Shown piece by piece: positions 25,538-38,545 of a stretch of DNA of 64,000 nucleotides. Position numbers and translations under genes: made by a program. The notes beneath the pieces are model-generated. The model was given only the letters and a program-made list of their open reading frames with translations, was not told the origin of the DNA and made no database searches. The stretch lies in the NCBI RefSeq assembly GCF_035594765.1, contig NC_085841.1, positions 318,007,402-318,071,401 of the forward strand. Reading direction: 5' to 3'. Source of the DNA: Anolis carolinensis. Lineage: Eukaryota. The stretch's first letter is position 1. Every line of letters starts with the position of its first letter.

Positions 25538-27009
25538 CAGTGTTGTGTGATAAGCCCCGATCAAGGACCCTTTTATCCAGGCCTTGTGTGATAAAGCCTA
25601 AGATGGTATGACTTACTCAAGGTTACTCAGTCATTGAGAAATTTAAATATTAGCTTCCGAAGCCCAAGTCCAATGTTCAAACCTCTATATCATGTTGGTT
25701 CCTCATGACCATTTGACTGGATAGTTGTATCTTTAGCCTTGGGTATTCTCTGTACTTACACATGACAAATGAGTATGTGTTTCTCTGTGGCCTTTTCAAT
25801 TTCCACTGCCTTCTGAACTTTCAGCACTTCTCTCATTCTAGTTTTTATACCTTAGATGCACAGGTAAGATGTTCCTTTCAGATTATGCATGAAATAACAA
25901 ACGTTACAATAGATCAAGTAATTTGGTCAGGAAACCTTCCAACTCTCTGAAAGTGTGAAAACTTTTGGTGATCCTATTTCCTTTTATAGCTCTCTAAAAT
26001 GTCATTCAGATGCTGTTCACTGTTTCACCAGGCATTTATCCTTTCATTCTTTCTGTTAACTGAGAACCAGATAGCTTTTAAACTCAAGAAATCATAAGCT
26101 TAGCCTCTGGTTAAATGTTGAATTTTGAAAGATGTTGAAAAGGCAACTCCATGGAAGAGTTTTACTAATATTAATAATGCTATTAAACAAACTTTGATGT
26201 GCTTCACCCCTGTCTATATTCTCTGTTTTGAAAACTTCTCTTAGTTCCCATTACTCAGCATGGAACCACTTTACTCACGCAAGCATCACAGTAAAATTAG
26301 TTGCTTCAACTGTAAAATGATATTGCAGGAAAAACAAAGGTCAGTCACAGCTTTGAAGTTTGTTGTTCAGTGTGTTGAAAGTTTTTAAGTGCATGTAGTA
26401 TTTTCAGGTTTTTGGAAAACATCTGTGGACAGATTTTCTAACGTGGTCTTTATCACTAAGCCAAATATTTAATGAGTATATTTATCTGATGATATTTTTA
26501 AAGAAAAGCATTTTAAAGCTTTTTGGACAGTTGACAGATATTTTCCTCTCTGATATAACCACATTTCACATATTATAAATGCATTTGCAGATAGTTGGGC
26601 GTGGACAGCATGAGATGAACCTCTTTTGGGTTTCAAGAATTAAGTTAGCTTCTCTTGGAATAAAATGTGGACCAACCAAGTTAAGGATGAAAACCATATG
26701 CGATTTCAGGTGTGGCTGAAAGCAAGAACTACTGATGAAGTTTTATGTAAAGAGATAAAAATCTGTATATGGGCTGTCAGAAACAGTTTGGCTGAACAAA
26801 GTCACTGTTCCTAAAACACTGCCGATATTCGTAAATGAGAATTGAATGAGAAACACCTGGGAAGGACCTTAATATGAGCATGCTGGTGTTCTTTGCAAGG
26901 CACAAGAGGGACCACATTAAAAGTATGTAAATTGGGTAACTCCAAGTAGATCATGAAATGTCAGAACATTTTGAAGACAATGAGTGCTTTTCTATCTAAA
27001 GAGTGAGGA

Positions 27010-27645
27010 AACTAACGACAATGCATATGTATGTCACATGCCCTAATTACATCCTGTTTTGACTACTGTAATATACTGTATGCAGGTCTGCCTTTGGAAA
27101 CTGTTTGGGAACATCATGAGTTTAAAACTGCAGTAGTTGAATGTATCAAAGGGAAAACTGCAACAATTTTCCTGACTACTTGTATGTTTCCAGGCATAAG
27201 TCAATATGCTTATTGTGATCCTTAAAGTCCCATACATTTTAGATCTATCTAGAAATCTGAAATATAATTTCCTCTTAAATAAATTAGCTTGAGTTTTAAA
27301 ATCTTTGGGGAATTGCTTTTTCCTTGTCCCATTTACATCACAGACATGTTTAGAGAAGAACATAGGATAGAGCCATTCTCAGCGGCTGCTCCCTGGCTGT
27401 GAAATTCTCTCCCATCCCTGTGTCATTTTGCCTGCAGAAAAGTATGTTTTTATTTAGGAAAGCCTTTGTTTCTTATTATAGCAAAAGGATTGTAAATCTT
27501 TTATTAACTGCATTTTAAAACGTGCTTAAAACTCTTTTAACTTTGTATTTTAATACATTTCTTTATTTAACTTTTGAATTAGTAAGATTTTAGCTCTATG
27601 ATGTTTTGAGTCCTGTGCAAGGAGAAGATTTAAAAAGTAAATAAT
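27010..27645 (+). mobile_element. Old L2 LINE 3' fragment
   Basis: HALITSCFDYCNILYAGLPLE (27031-27225), the 'RAFS.AAP.LWNSLP'-like segment at about 27370-27415, and a decayed 3' tail. Confidence 0.7.
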
Positions 27646-27822
27646 CTGTATAAAGTAAGAACTGTGACTCAGTAGCAGAGTACATCCTATTCATAACAAA
27701 ACTCCCAGAAGCCAATTTTGATCTTGTGGATATGCTACCTCAGTGTTACAATACCAATAATGCAAGGGGTAGGTGGGAGAAGACTGTAGGTATAGCAGTG
27801 AAAAAAGCATAGTACTGGAAGT

Positions 27823-28356
27823 TTACTTCTTGGGAGGAGAGCAATGACCAACCTTGACAAAATAGTGAAGAGCAGAGACATCACACTGGCAACAAAGGTC
27901 CACATAGTGAAAGCAATTGTATTCCCCATAGTAACCTATGGATGTGACAGCTGGACATAAGGAAGGATGAGCGAAGAAAGATAGAGGCTTTTGAACTCTG
28001 GTGCTGGAGGAAAATCCTGAGAGTGCCTTGGACCGCAAGAAGATCCAACCAGTCCATCTTCCAGGAAATAATGCCCGGCTGCTCACTGGAGGGAAGGAAA
28101 TTAGAGGCAAAGCTGAAGTATTTTGGCCACATCATGAGGAGACAGGAAAGCTTGGAAAAGATCACAATGCTGGGGAAAATGGAAGGAAAAAGGAAGATAG
28201 GCCGACCAAGGGCAAGATGGATGGACGGTATCCTTGAAGTGACTGGCTTGACCTTGAAGTAACTGGGGGCGGTGATGGCCAACAGGGAGCTCTGGCGTGG
28301 ACTGGTCCATGATGTCACGAAGAGTCGGAGATGACTTAACGACTGAGCAGCAGCAG
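27823..28356 (+). mobile_element. RTE/BovB LINE 3' fragment
   Basis: LLGRRAMTNLDKIVKSRDITLATKVHIVKAIVFP, AFELWCWRKILRVPWTARRSNQS and LKYFGHIMRR..SLEK..MLGK.EGKR..GRPR.RW.D. 3' end GTCACGAAGAGTCGG..ACTTAACGACTGAGCAGCAGC. Confidence 0.93.
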
Positions 28357-29014
28357 GAGAAACTGACTGTTTGGAGTGGTGGTTTTTTTCTGTTCTTTCT
28401 AAAAGTTCACTTTTTCACGACTCTGGAAAAAGTTGCTTTTGGGTGGCAACAAGATTCTGGCTTCAGTCCTCTGAATATATTGTATGATCTCCTGGAGAGC
28501 CATTCCCAAACCCTGTCAGATGGATGTCACCAATTGTTCATCCCATACAAAGCATCTTCTTATCTTGAAGGCATTTGGAGATTTTTCCCACAAAAATGTA
28601 CATTTTCCAGCCCAAATCTTTTGTTGATCCTTGGGGAGCTTAAAAACCACATTGGGGAACATCTATTTTCACAGACCATACTTTCCTCTTCTATACCTTA
28701 ACAGGATCCTTTTATTTTCTAGAAGTGTGGGAATTTAAATCTAAAGTACTGAGAATCCCCTCAAGTACTTCTGAGAATCCCCTGAAGTATCACTGTAGTC
28801 AATTGGGATTTATTTATTTTTTAGTTTTCACTAGAAAGTGCAGTCTCTGCACTGGATCCAGGTGCTGCTTCAATGTGCTCTATCATGCCAGTCCAAAGCT
28901 GTGTGCTGCTTTTACATCCTAGCCTCTATATTTCAAGAAGCAGATGAAATGCAAATGTAGGTTCAAGTGCATTAATGACATGCTTTTGACTGCGGGAACA
29001 GCGATAGAGATATA

Positions 29015-29337
29015 CAGTAGAGTCTCACTTATCCAACATAAACCGGCCGGCAGAACGTTGGATAAGCAAATATGTTGGATAACAAGGAGAGATTAAGGAG
29101 AAGCCTATTAAACATCAAATTAGGTTATGATTTTACAAATTAAGCACCAAAACATCATGTTATACAACAAATTTGACAGAAAAAGTAGTTCAATACGCAG
29201 TAATGCTATGTAGTAATTACTGTATTTATGAATTTAGCACCAGAATATCACAATGTATTGAAAACATTGACTACAAAAATGCATTGGATAATCCAGAATG
29301 TTGGATAAGCGAATGTTGGATAAGTGAGACTGTACTG
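29015..29337. mobile_element. Tc1/mariner (Tigger-like) MITE
   Basis: TIRs CAGTAGAGTCTCACTTATCCAAC / GTTGGATAAGTGAGACTGTACTG. TA TSD at 29013-29014 and 29338-29339. Confidence 0.92.
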
Positions 29338-29594
29338 TAGTTATGTTATTAAAATAACAGATAGTGATTTTCATAATTCCAGTTAATTACATATCCAACA
29401 CTTGTGGATTTGCTTCTTTAGCCTTCCAGATATTTTGAACTGTAATTTCCATAATTCTCAACCTATTTGTTGGCTGGCCAGATGGGAGTTTTAATCCAAC
29501 ATGTATAGATGATGCTACTTTTGGGAAGCCTAATCTAATAGTTTACCAAGTAAAAAGAATGGAAGATTAAAATACACTAATTGCAGAGATAGTA

Positions 29595-29815
29595 CAGTAG
29601 GACCCCCATATTGATGGCAAATACATTCCTGAACTTACTGTGGAAACAGGAAACCATGGATAATACCAAACCCTGTTGAAATGAATGACCTCCCCTGGAT
29701 GTCACCACAGAATCTCCAGGAGGACCTCAACATTTCTATAGAGGACATATTTTGTTGGATTTGGGTAGGTGAAACCTCAGGTACTGATCCCGTGGTACAA
29801 GGTTGTCCTTTACTA
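29595..29815. mobile_element. Old Tigger-like MITE; related copy at about 32432-32705
   Basis: TA-CAGTAGG start. Both copies share ACTTACTGTGGAAA..GAAA..TGGATAA...AAACC...TGAAATGAA. Confidence 0.5.
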
Positions 29816-31041
29816 ATTTAATTTCTTTCAAGGGATAGTGAGTCACAAGCCAGGAGTAAATGTAGTCATTGCAAGGTCAGTAGGTTTCTGTTTTATTCAC
29901 TGTGGGTGTAGCAGTAGGGAAATGGAAATGGAATAATAGCATGAAGAATCTCAGGGGAATATGTTACAATGTGTGCCAAATTATTACATCTTTACATTGC
30001 CTCTAATTTATAAGGAGGACACTAGATACATACAACATGAGCATGCTTTAGAAATGATCTCTTGTTTGAAGGAGAGGGCATTTAAAAAAAAACCTGAACA
30101 GAGCAGCCTTTAAAGTGTTGTCCTCTAAAATAACACCACCATGGCTACTGTTCAGAAGAAAATATGACATCCCATATTTTATTCAAAACTAAAGTAAGAT
30201 GTCCCCTCCCAGATCTTGAGTAATTTTTCCCTTTCATCAGGACAAACAAAAGAGCAAAATACAGAAATTGTGTGTTTCTCTGTGTGTGTCAGAGGAGTGG
30301 TTTTTTAAAACATGGCTTTAAATTGAACACTGGGTTGTTCCATTGAGACAACTTTTAAAATGTTACTTCTAGATCCCTTTTGTGTCTGCTGTGCTAATAA
30401 TGTCAAGAGAATAATCAACACCCACTCTATATATTTTAAAGATCCCTTAAAACCCACCTAGGGCATCATATTCTTAAGGCAAGAAGCAAGAGAACCTTTC
30501 ATTGGCCAAATACCATCACAACTTCCTGACTATTGTATTTATTTATCCATGAAACAGTTCTAACAATTATATGGTTTTTGTACATTCTGTAAATTGAAAT
30601 AGTCTGCCCACGAATAATTTCTCAAGTTTATGTCCTGTAAAGAAATGTTAAATAATGGACAGAAAATATTTCTTTTTGAAATGTTCACAGCCCAAGAACA
30701 GAAAAGTGTTGGGAAAAAACTATTTTACACCTCAAGATTTTGTAAATGTTTTGACATGTCTCAGGATCTCTACAGATAAAACTTGATATTTTTTCTAAAT
30801 GAGATATCGTGAAGACTTCTATTAATCAAAAATGGCTAAATCAAAATTTGCTTCTTCCAACTAGAGAAAACTCATTGAATTGTTAAATGTGAGTTAACCT
30901 ATATCTCGCGGATTCAATGAGTCTATTCTGGTGGGGGTTAGCAACTGTACTGTGGTCTTAGAGCTAGTCTACATAAGCTTAATAGCATGTACTCAAGTTG
31001 CAGTCTTTTGGGTTATCTAGCAATCATGCATGCATTTTCAA

Positions 31042-31574
31042 TGTAGGATGGTTTATGTAGTTAGTTTGTTGCTTAGTAACCTGAGCCAAAGCTGCATTCC
31101 AAAGTTGATGGCACCAATTTAGGGGTTTGCATGTGAAGTGGGAAAGGGAGTATCCTTTCTGGGGATATACAGGAAGTGATGCACACCTTTAGAATTTGGG
31201 GTATATAAGGGGAGATTTTCTTTTGTTCTCTCCCTTGATCCTGCCATGCGGCTTACTGTTTCTCTCTCACACATGCGGAAGAGATATGCAGTATCCTGAT
31301 GGAGATAGGCCCTGCATGATCCTGGCCTATACTATTTTCTTTGGAAATAAGATGTTTTACCTGTATGATCATCATCAAAGATTGTGAGTAAACATACTTT
31401 TACTATTTTAATTTTGGTGTCTCTGATGTTTATTTTTATCTGCATGACTTCTTAAAGGGAAAGGGAGGCTGGCTATTTTGTTTTTCTTACCTCTGCTCAA
31501 ATAAACCCCCAGTCTTCTGTGTTTTTGGCTACTGTGCACCAATATCTAACCATATTGGTATCATAATTCTAACA
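31042..31574 (+). mobile_element. Probable LTR (possibly Ty1/copia 5' LTR) followed by a PBS remnant
   Basis: TGTAGG...CTAACA ends, TATATAAG at 31202, AGTAAA and AATAAA signals. Followed by GGTTATG, the start of the copia-type PBS GGTTATGGGCCCAG. No TSD found. Confidence 0.5.
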
Positions 31575-34053
31575 GGTTATGATCATATTTTCTAATACAG
31601 TCACTTCTGGGTGGCCCCTGAACTCCAAAGCACATTGCTAATTCAGACTGTCCACATGGGCCACTGCTGCCACCCAGTTTTCCCAATGTCCATCAGCACA
31701 GGGAAGAGGGGGCAGATCAGGCCTGTATCACCACTGCCATATGACTGCAAGAGCTCCTTAAGAGCTCCTGGTTCTCATGGGCACCCAATGCTAACATCAG
31801 CAGAGGCACCTATATGATCAAGAAGAAGGGGGAGGGGCTTCTCCTCCAAGTCATTGAGATGCATCTGTTGATGTCAGCACAGAGCACCCACAATGGCCAG
31901 GAGCTCTTATGGGGCTTGTTAGTCACCTGGCAATGGCAACATTGACATACCTGGAAAGGGGTTGAGCTGTGATCTCAGCCCAGCTCAACCATCTGGGTTG
32001 CAAATTACTACCACCACAGGTTGGGGATGGTGTTTCGTGGCTTACTCCATTGACAGTCTGGAGCATGTTTTCTATAACCCTCTGATGTGGGTGTGATATC
32101 TAAGGCAATACATGCCTTCTTCTCATTATGGCTCTTGCTTTTACTCCTTGGGTCATGGTGGTGGAATTAGATATTAAAGGCTTCCTTGCTAGAAAAACAT
32201 ACACTTCCTTGTAAGTTATTCACAGGTTTTTATGGTAAGTCTCAGATTTACAGAGCTCTAGGTTGCTTAGCTGAATAGCCTTTCTGGAGTTAGAAACTTC
32301 CTTAGTACTATGATAGAGTACTTAGTGCCTGGGAAAGACTATGCACTTCAAGAACCCAAGCAAAAAAAAAATCTTCTAGAACCCAGAAAAAAAAGTCTTC
32401 AATCTTTTCTAGAGATGTCAAAATAAAGATACAGTATAGTCCCTGTACCCGTGTGGAACTTACTGTGGAAATAAGAAATTGGATAAGAGGGAAACCTACT
32501 GAAATGAACATTAGCATTATGTTGGAAAATCTAAAAAAAAATCAATCCCCTTTAGGAATTTGTTAGGTTCTACAGGGAAACTCTATGATAATGTCTAGGA
32601 GATGTATATAGCATCAATTGGGGGACATAGAACATTATAGAGAGGATATATTCTATTGGATGGGGGTAGTGAAAGCATGGGTTCCAATTCCACATAGTGT
32701 TGTATTTTTATGTAGTGATGCTTATGCAATTTGATCCTTCATACTGTAAATATACAGTGAATATACACAATTTCTGGCATCTGGAGAACCATATGATGAG
32801 TTTTCTCATTGGTGTAAGCAGCAGAGTATGTTGACATGCATTCACACCCTCTTTTTTAGGGCATTATCCCAAAGTTGTTCAAAGTGTGTGTAGTCTAAGA
32901 AAATTCTAAAGTCATGATGCTTAATGAGAATCAATTAATGTCTATTCCTGCACAGATAATAAATACATTCCCACGTACATGATATAACACATCCTTTTCT
33001 CTGTATTTAATTCTAGATAAAGTGTTTGTGTTTGGAAAGTCCTTTCCTTGTTATGCCATTACAGTAAATGATTTTGACAATTTAATTTCCTAGGTTATCT
33101 TTGTTTTGCTATAAATTTTTATATTAGATTGCAGAATGGTAATTTGAGAAAGAAAATAAGAATAAAAATCATTAACTGGTTAAAAGATATTGGGTGTAAT
33201 CCACTAAGCTATGACACCATTAAATAGCTAGCTGTTTCAGTAGCTTTTTTTCAATGAATGCTTAAACATATCTCATTGAAATGAATAGTTGCTGCAAAAA
33301 AGCAGTGGTCAGTTGATTGCACTTTTTAACTTCACTCCAGATATATTAGTCCAGGTTGGTAGATGAACCCGCAAAAGATGCATGTTGTGTATATATCTAA
33401 ATTTCAGTGTCTTGAAAATTTTATCATTAGAATTAGTCCATTCGTTGAAATCACAGAATTCAACATTGTTGGTGTGCTTATAGTGCTGTGGACAATTCAT
33501 CACCCAGTGGTTAACCTTTTAATAAAGAATCTACCCTTTCTAAGTTAGATTGGTTCTTGAACAGCAGACACACAGTTTAGAATGAGAGCTATGCATGAAG
33601 CTTAACTGACTTGAATGAATACCAACAGTCCTAAATATTCTGACTAGGCTATTGGGAGTTACCATCCAAGAACATCTGGAGTACATCCTAAGTTAGTTTG
33701 AAAGATTGTTGGATGCCAATTGATGGTCTGAATGCTGAGATTATGGTTTGAGTTTGATCCATACATCTTGTGAGATGATCTCTGTTCATGGCATATTCTG
33801 GATGGAGGAAGAGCATTTCTCTCTGCATTTCGTGAGAGGGGATTCCAGGTTTGCTCTACTACAAATGCAAAGAAGGATGAAAACACACAGTTCTTTCTCT
33901 ACCATGGAAATTGCATTCAATCTTTGAAAAAGGTTGCTGAATAAATCTTGCCAAGAAATCATCTTGATACATTTTTCTGAAAGCACACAACTACAAACAT
34001 AAAAGGACACAGGCCATATATTGTACATGTATTCATTTTTGAAGGCTGTAGGT

Positions 34054-34187
34054 CAGTGGTTCTCAACCTATGGTCCCCAGATGTTTTGGCCTTCAACTCC
34101 CATAAATCCTGACAGCTGGTAAACTGCCTGGGATTTCTGGGAGTTGTAGGCCAAAGCACATGGGGACCCACAGGTTGAGAACCACTG
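34054..34187. mobile_element. hAT MITE
   Basis: TIRs CAGTGGTTCTCAACCT / AGGTTGAGAACCACTG. 8-bp TSD CTGTAGGT/CTATTGGT (6/8). Confidence 0.9.
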
Positions 34188-35429
34188 CTATTGGTGATTA
34201 GGCAATAGCAGGAATAAAAGGAATAGTAACATGTAAAAAACTTGCCTGTGTCACTGGTCCTTTTGATATTTCAAATTTACACTGTTTTTGACACATACAT
34301 TAAATGTAATGAGCAACATGTATTTAGCTCTTTCTAGATTATGTCTTGTCTCCAAATAAATTAACCCCTTTTTGGCAGTACTGCAGAGAGTAGGAAGACA
34401 GATCATATGTACTGGGTAAAAATACTGTCCACGAGCTAATAAGCTTATAATCTTCACGCACAAGCTGCCTGTTATGTGAGTTTGGCACAAGTAACTTAAC
34501 TTCCTCAAAGCTGTCAGCTCTGCAGGATTTTGCTACTAGCTGGGTGTTGGTTTGTTCAAGTTGACCTTTTCTGGGTAAATAAATAGCCTCTCACACTTAC
34601 ATGGTTTACAGTTTACTTAACAGCATGATAGTACTTATAATAAAGCATGCAGAAGACAAGCCAAGCACTGAAGAAAATAATTCTGCTATAGAGCTTGAAT
34701 AAATCAGGAGAAAGCAAGAAGGAAAGTAAATAAAAATGAATTTTGCACATTCATGCACAACTAGCTGGAACAAAAGAATATAAACAAAAAACTGGGCAGA
34801 TGTTAAAACTAACAAGTTGAAGAAAAACTCTAGTAAGAGTTTGTTTATAGAATATGATGGGTCTGAGCCATAAAATATTGGGGGGGGGGGGAAGGCAAAA
34901 AGACTCTACTTAAAAATTTAAGAAAAATGGAACATGGAACCATGGCCCATTTTGACTAAGGAAGTGAATATTTCTCAGGATGTGACTGAGGATATGAATA
35001 TCCCAATTTCCTTGTATTTTTTATTATCTTATTATCTGTTGTTTCTTTTCACCTGTGTGCATTTTTTGTATGCATTTTGAAGTGTACATGCTTTATAATG
35101 AATTTTTCATTAACTAAACAATGCTTATCCATATTTTGCACCAACATGAGTTATACAGTATGCCTTCAAAATGTCCGGGGAATCTCTTTTCCTTTACCTC
35201 CATCCATACAGGTGGGAAGACAGGAGAGGGACTCTTCAGCAATTTCTTCAAGGGCTGAAATTCTCTTATGTAGAAGTTACATTAGTGCCCTCCTTACTAT
35301 CTTTTTGTTGGCAAACAAATAACTTTTTGTTTCAGGAGGCTATTGAGGATTGACTGCTCTAAGCCTGGTTGTGTTGTGTTGTTTGCATCTCTTTTTCCTT
35401 TACTTACTGTTTTAAAGTTTTTAATTTTG

Positions 35430-35500
35430 GGCTGTTGTGTGGTTTCCAGGCTATATGACCATGTTCTAGCAGTATTTTCTCCTGATGTTTCACCTGCATT
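35430..35500 (-). mobile_element. Penelope pseudo-LTR fragment
   Basis: Homologous to the left arm of 21411-21509 (GGTTTCCAGGCTATATGACCATGTTCTAGCAGTATTTTCTCCTGATGTTTCACC). Confidence 0.7.
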
Positions 35501-36065
35501 CTTCATAGAATCTGTTTTTAATTTTATTGGTAATTTAATTAATTTTAAAAATATTATGTCATGCAATTGTTAGCTGTATGTTTTAACTTTTGTAAGCCAC
35601 CATTATTGTGATTATGATGGATTAAAGAGGCTCACAAGATAAAAAGAAATTCAAGTAAACTTACTACAGAAAGGCAGGAATAAAATAAATAAAAATAAAA
35701 TATTTTTCAGGTACTGGGAAACAAAACTTATTTCAGTTTGGCTCTTTAATATGCACAAAATTGGAACATGGTCTTTTTAAAACACATATTTAATTTTCTC
35801 TGTATGAAATAGACTTTTTTATGCAACAGAAATTTATTTTTTCTGCCAAGAAAGACCATATGTGAATTTTGTGTAGAACAATTTTCCAATTGAAGAAATG
35901 TTCGCCTGGGAAGCTACTTTGTCTCCCAAACTCCCACTGCCATTGGCTGGCCTGGTCCTCCAGTGGCAGAGATCCAGAGGAATGGGTAGGCACAATGGGT
36001 ACTTGGGACGTATCTTCTTTTCCCAACTCTCACACATTTCATGGATTCTGGCATTTTGCTGCTAA

Positions 36066-36215
36066 GGCCTCATCTACATTGCCATATAATGCAGTTTCAT
36101 AATGCAGTTTAACTGCATTGAACGGCATTATATGAGTCTACACTGCCATATAATGCCGTTCAATGTAGTTAAACTGCATTATGAAACTACATTATATGGC
36201 AGTGTAGATGGGGGT
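36066..36215. mobile_element. Palindromic PIF/Harbinger-type MITE
   Basis: GGCCTCATCTACATTGCCATATAATGCAG ... CTACATTATATGGCAGTGTAGATGGGG. Nearly fully self-complementary, with TAA/TTA flanks. Confidence 0.85.
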
Positions 36216-36657
36216 TTATGAAATACAGCTCACCCTATATTCAGCTGCTACATAAAAAAAACTTAAGTGATAATTAGGGTTGTGCCTGGATCCACTTTAA
36301 AAAGTGGTCTTTGGCTTATTCGGAGGCTCATAACGACAAGGGCTCCACAGTCATGTTTTTTTCGGCCACAACAAGACGGTGACTGCTGAAAAAGTCTGCT
36401 TTCAGTTTCTTTTGGCTACACATGGAGTGTGAGGAGGGAGGCAGCCGTTAGAAGGGAAAAATCCCAGAAAGAGTGTTTTCTTTAGCCCTTGCTTTAAACT
36501 CAGGTGTCCTTGAAAAACAGAAAGGAAAGGATGCCAGGAATGGGAGTTTCTTACGCCATTGCCTTAAACCAAGTCTCATTGAAAGACAGAAAGAAAAGGA
36601 TCACAGAAAGAGTGGTATCTTAACTCTGGTGCTTTTAATCCAGGTCTTAATTAAGGA

Positions 36658-38500
36658 TTTATTTATTTATTTCTATGCTGCTTTTCTTCAGGATGGACCC
36701 AAGGTGGCTCACATCATATTAAAAATAAACATACCAATAATTAAAATCATAACTAAACAAATATTAGAGGTTCAATAATCCTTAAAAACTTTCCGTATCA
36801 TTAAACATTAAAAGTTAAAATCAGTCTAAAATCCTCCCTGAAATCAGCTCCAGTAAGTAACCTGGCTGTTATTCTCTGGACAAATTGAAGTTTTCGAATA
36901 CTTTTCAAGGGCAGTCCCACGTAGAGCTCATTACAGTAGTCCAAATGGGATGTAACCAGTGCATGTACCATAGTGGACAAGTCAGATTTCTCCAGGAACC
37001 GGCATAGTTGGCGCACATGTTTTAGTTGTGCAAAGGCAAATCTGGGCTTCCAGATTTGAGGCGGAATCCAGAATCACCCCAAACTGCGAACCTGAGATTT
37101 CAAAGGGAGTGTAACCCCCAACCAGCTCAAGTTGTAACCCTATTCCCGGATCGATTTTACACAAGACAAGCAGTATCTCTGTTTTATCTAGATGTTTATC
37201 CTCATCCAGTCCATTACTGACCTCAGGCAGCGGTTCAGGTGTGGGACAGCTTCCTTAGCATCCGATGGAAAGGAGTAGTAGAGCTGAGCATCATCCGCAT
37301 GCAGATGATACCGAACTTCAAAACTCTGGATGATCTCTCCCAGCAGTTTCATGTTGTTGTTAAGTAACATTGAGGATAGGGATGAGCTTCTTTTAATGCC
37401 ATGGGGACCCTGCTTTGGTGGAGTGAGGCATTAATCAGCTCCCTTATCCAGGTTGTTTTAACAGCCAAGAGGGACAAGGGTCAAGAATGCAGGTGGTGGC
37501 TCTGTCTTCTCCCAAGATGTATTGCTATCCTCGGATAAAACCAATTGGAATGAATCCATAAATATCGGATAAGACGGTGCCATGGCTACTTCCACCGGAG
37601 CTCTATTAATAATGAATCTATTCTGATCTTAGTGGCAAAAGACAGGCATCATGAATCTAGGCTGATCTTGATGGCAAAAGGCAGGCAAAATCCTCACAAT
37701 GGGCAGTGGTATAGAACAGATGGCCCTCTACTTTGGGGTTTAAGAACCCTTTAACCACTCTGAACAGCTCTGAGGACCTATCTTTAGCAGCCACAATAGA
37801 CATGGTTTTCGTTGCTGCCTCAGTAGCCCTGCTGTATGCCTTCTGGTGGTGCCTAGTCTTTTGGTAATCGGATTCACTTTGGTTCTTTCATCACTCACAC
37901 TCTAGTCTCTTTCCTGTCTGCCTCATTCCTAATATCTACTTGGAAAACCAAGGGGCCAGTTTAGCTCCACATCTGGGAAGGGGATGTTTTGGAGTGATCA
38001 CATTAACAGTCCTGGCCGCTTCCGTATTCCAGAGATCAATCAGAGCATCAATAGAATCACCTACCCTGGTAACTGGGAAGTCCCCAAAAGAACTCCAGGA
38101 ATCAATCTGGATCCATAATATATAAATAAAACTTTATTTATATTCTGCCCTATCTCCCCGAGGGGACTCCTTAATGGGTCTGCAACTTTCGTGGAGGGAA
38201 GGGGTCCCAGGGGGTCTAAACCTGACCAAGAAATGATGTAACCATGACAAAGGGACTCCTGAAAGTTCCTTCACCATCAGATTCTGACTACCTTCGCTCT
38301 CCGTGACAAACACCAGATCAAGATGGTGTCCAGCCTTATGAGTGGGATGAGCTGTCACTTGAAACAGCTGCACCTAAAAAGGTAGATTCAGCATAGATAT
38401 TGAAGTCTCCTGGCACAAAACGTCTGGGAGAGTCCCAGACCAGGCCTGAAATCAACCCTGTCAGCTCAATTAGGGAGGTTGTTGGGCAACAAGATGGCCG
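36658..38500 (-). mobile_element. L2 LINE, internally deleted and degenerate
   Basis: Minus ORFs: PTHKAGHHLDLVF (endonuclease end, 38134-38373), YHLHADDAQLYYSF (RT, 37188-37370) and VHALVTSHLDYCN..YVGLPLK (36801-37016). (TAAA)n tail at 36658-36672. A second short L2 tail is inserted at about 38132-38170. Confidence 0.88.
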
Positions 38501-38545
38501 GATATAAGGACAAATGATCCCAGAAAGAGGAGTATCTTAACCCTG

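Larger units (their letters stand above)
24831..25598. mobile_element. Harbinger-like MITE interrupted by a solo LTR, itself lying inside an old SINE (about 24740-25705)
   Basis: TAA-GGACATTATCACATCAA ... TTGTGTGATAAAGCC-TAA imperfect TIRs. The sequence on both sides resembles the SINE at 18690-18905. Confidence 0.5.
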
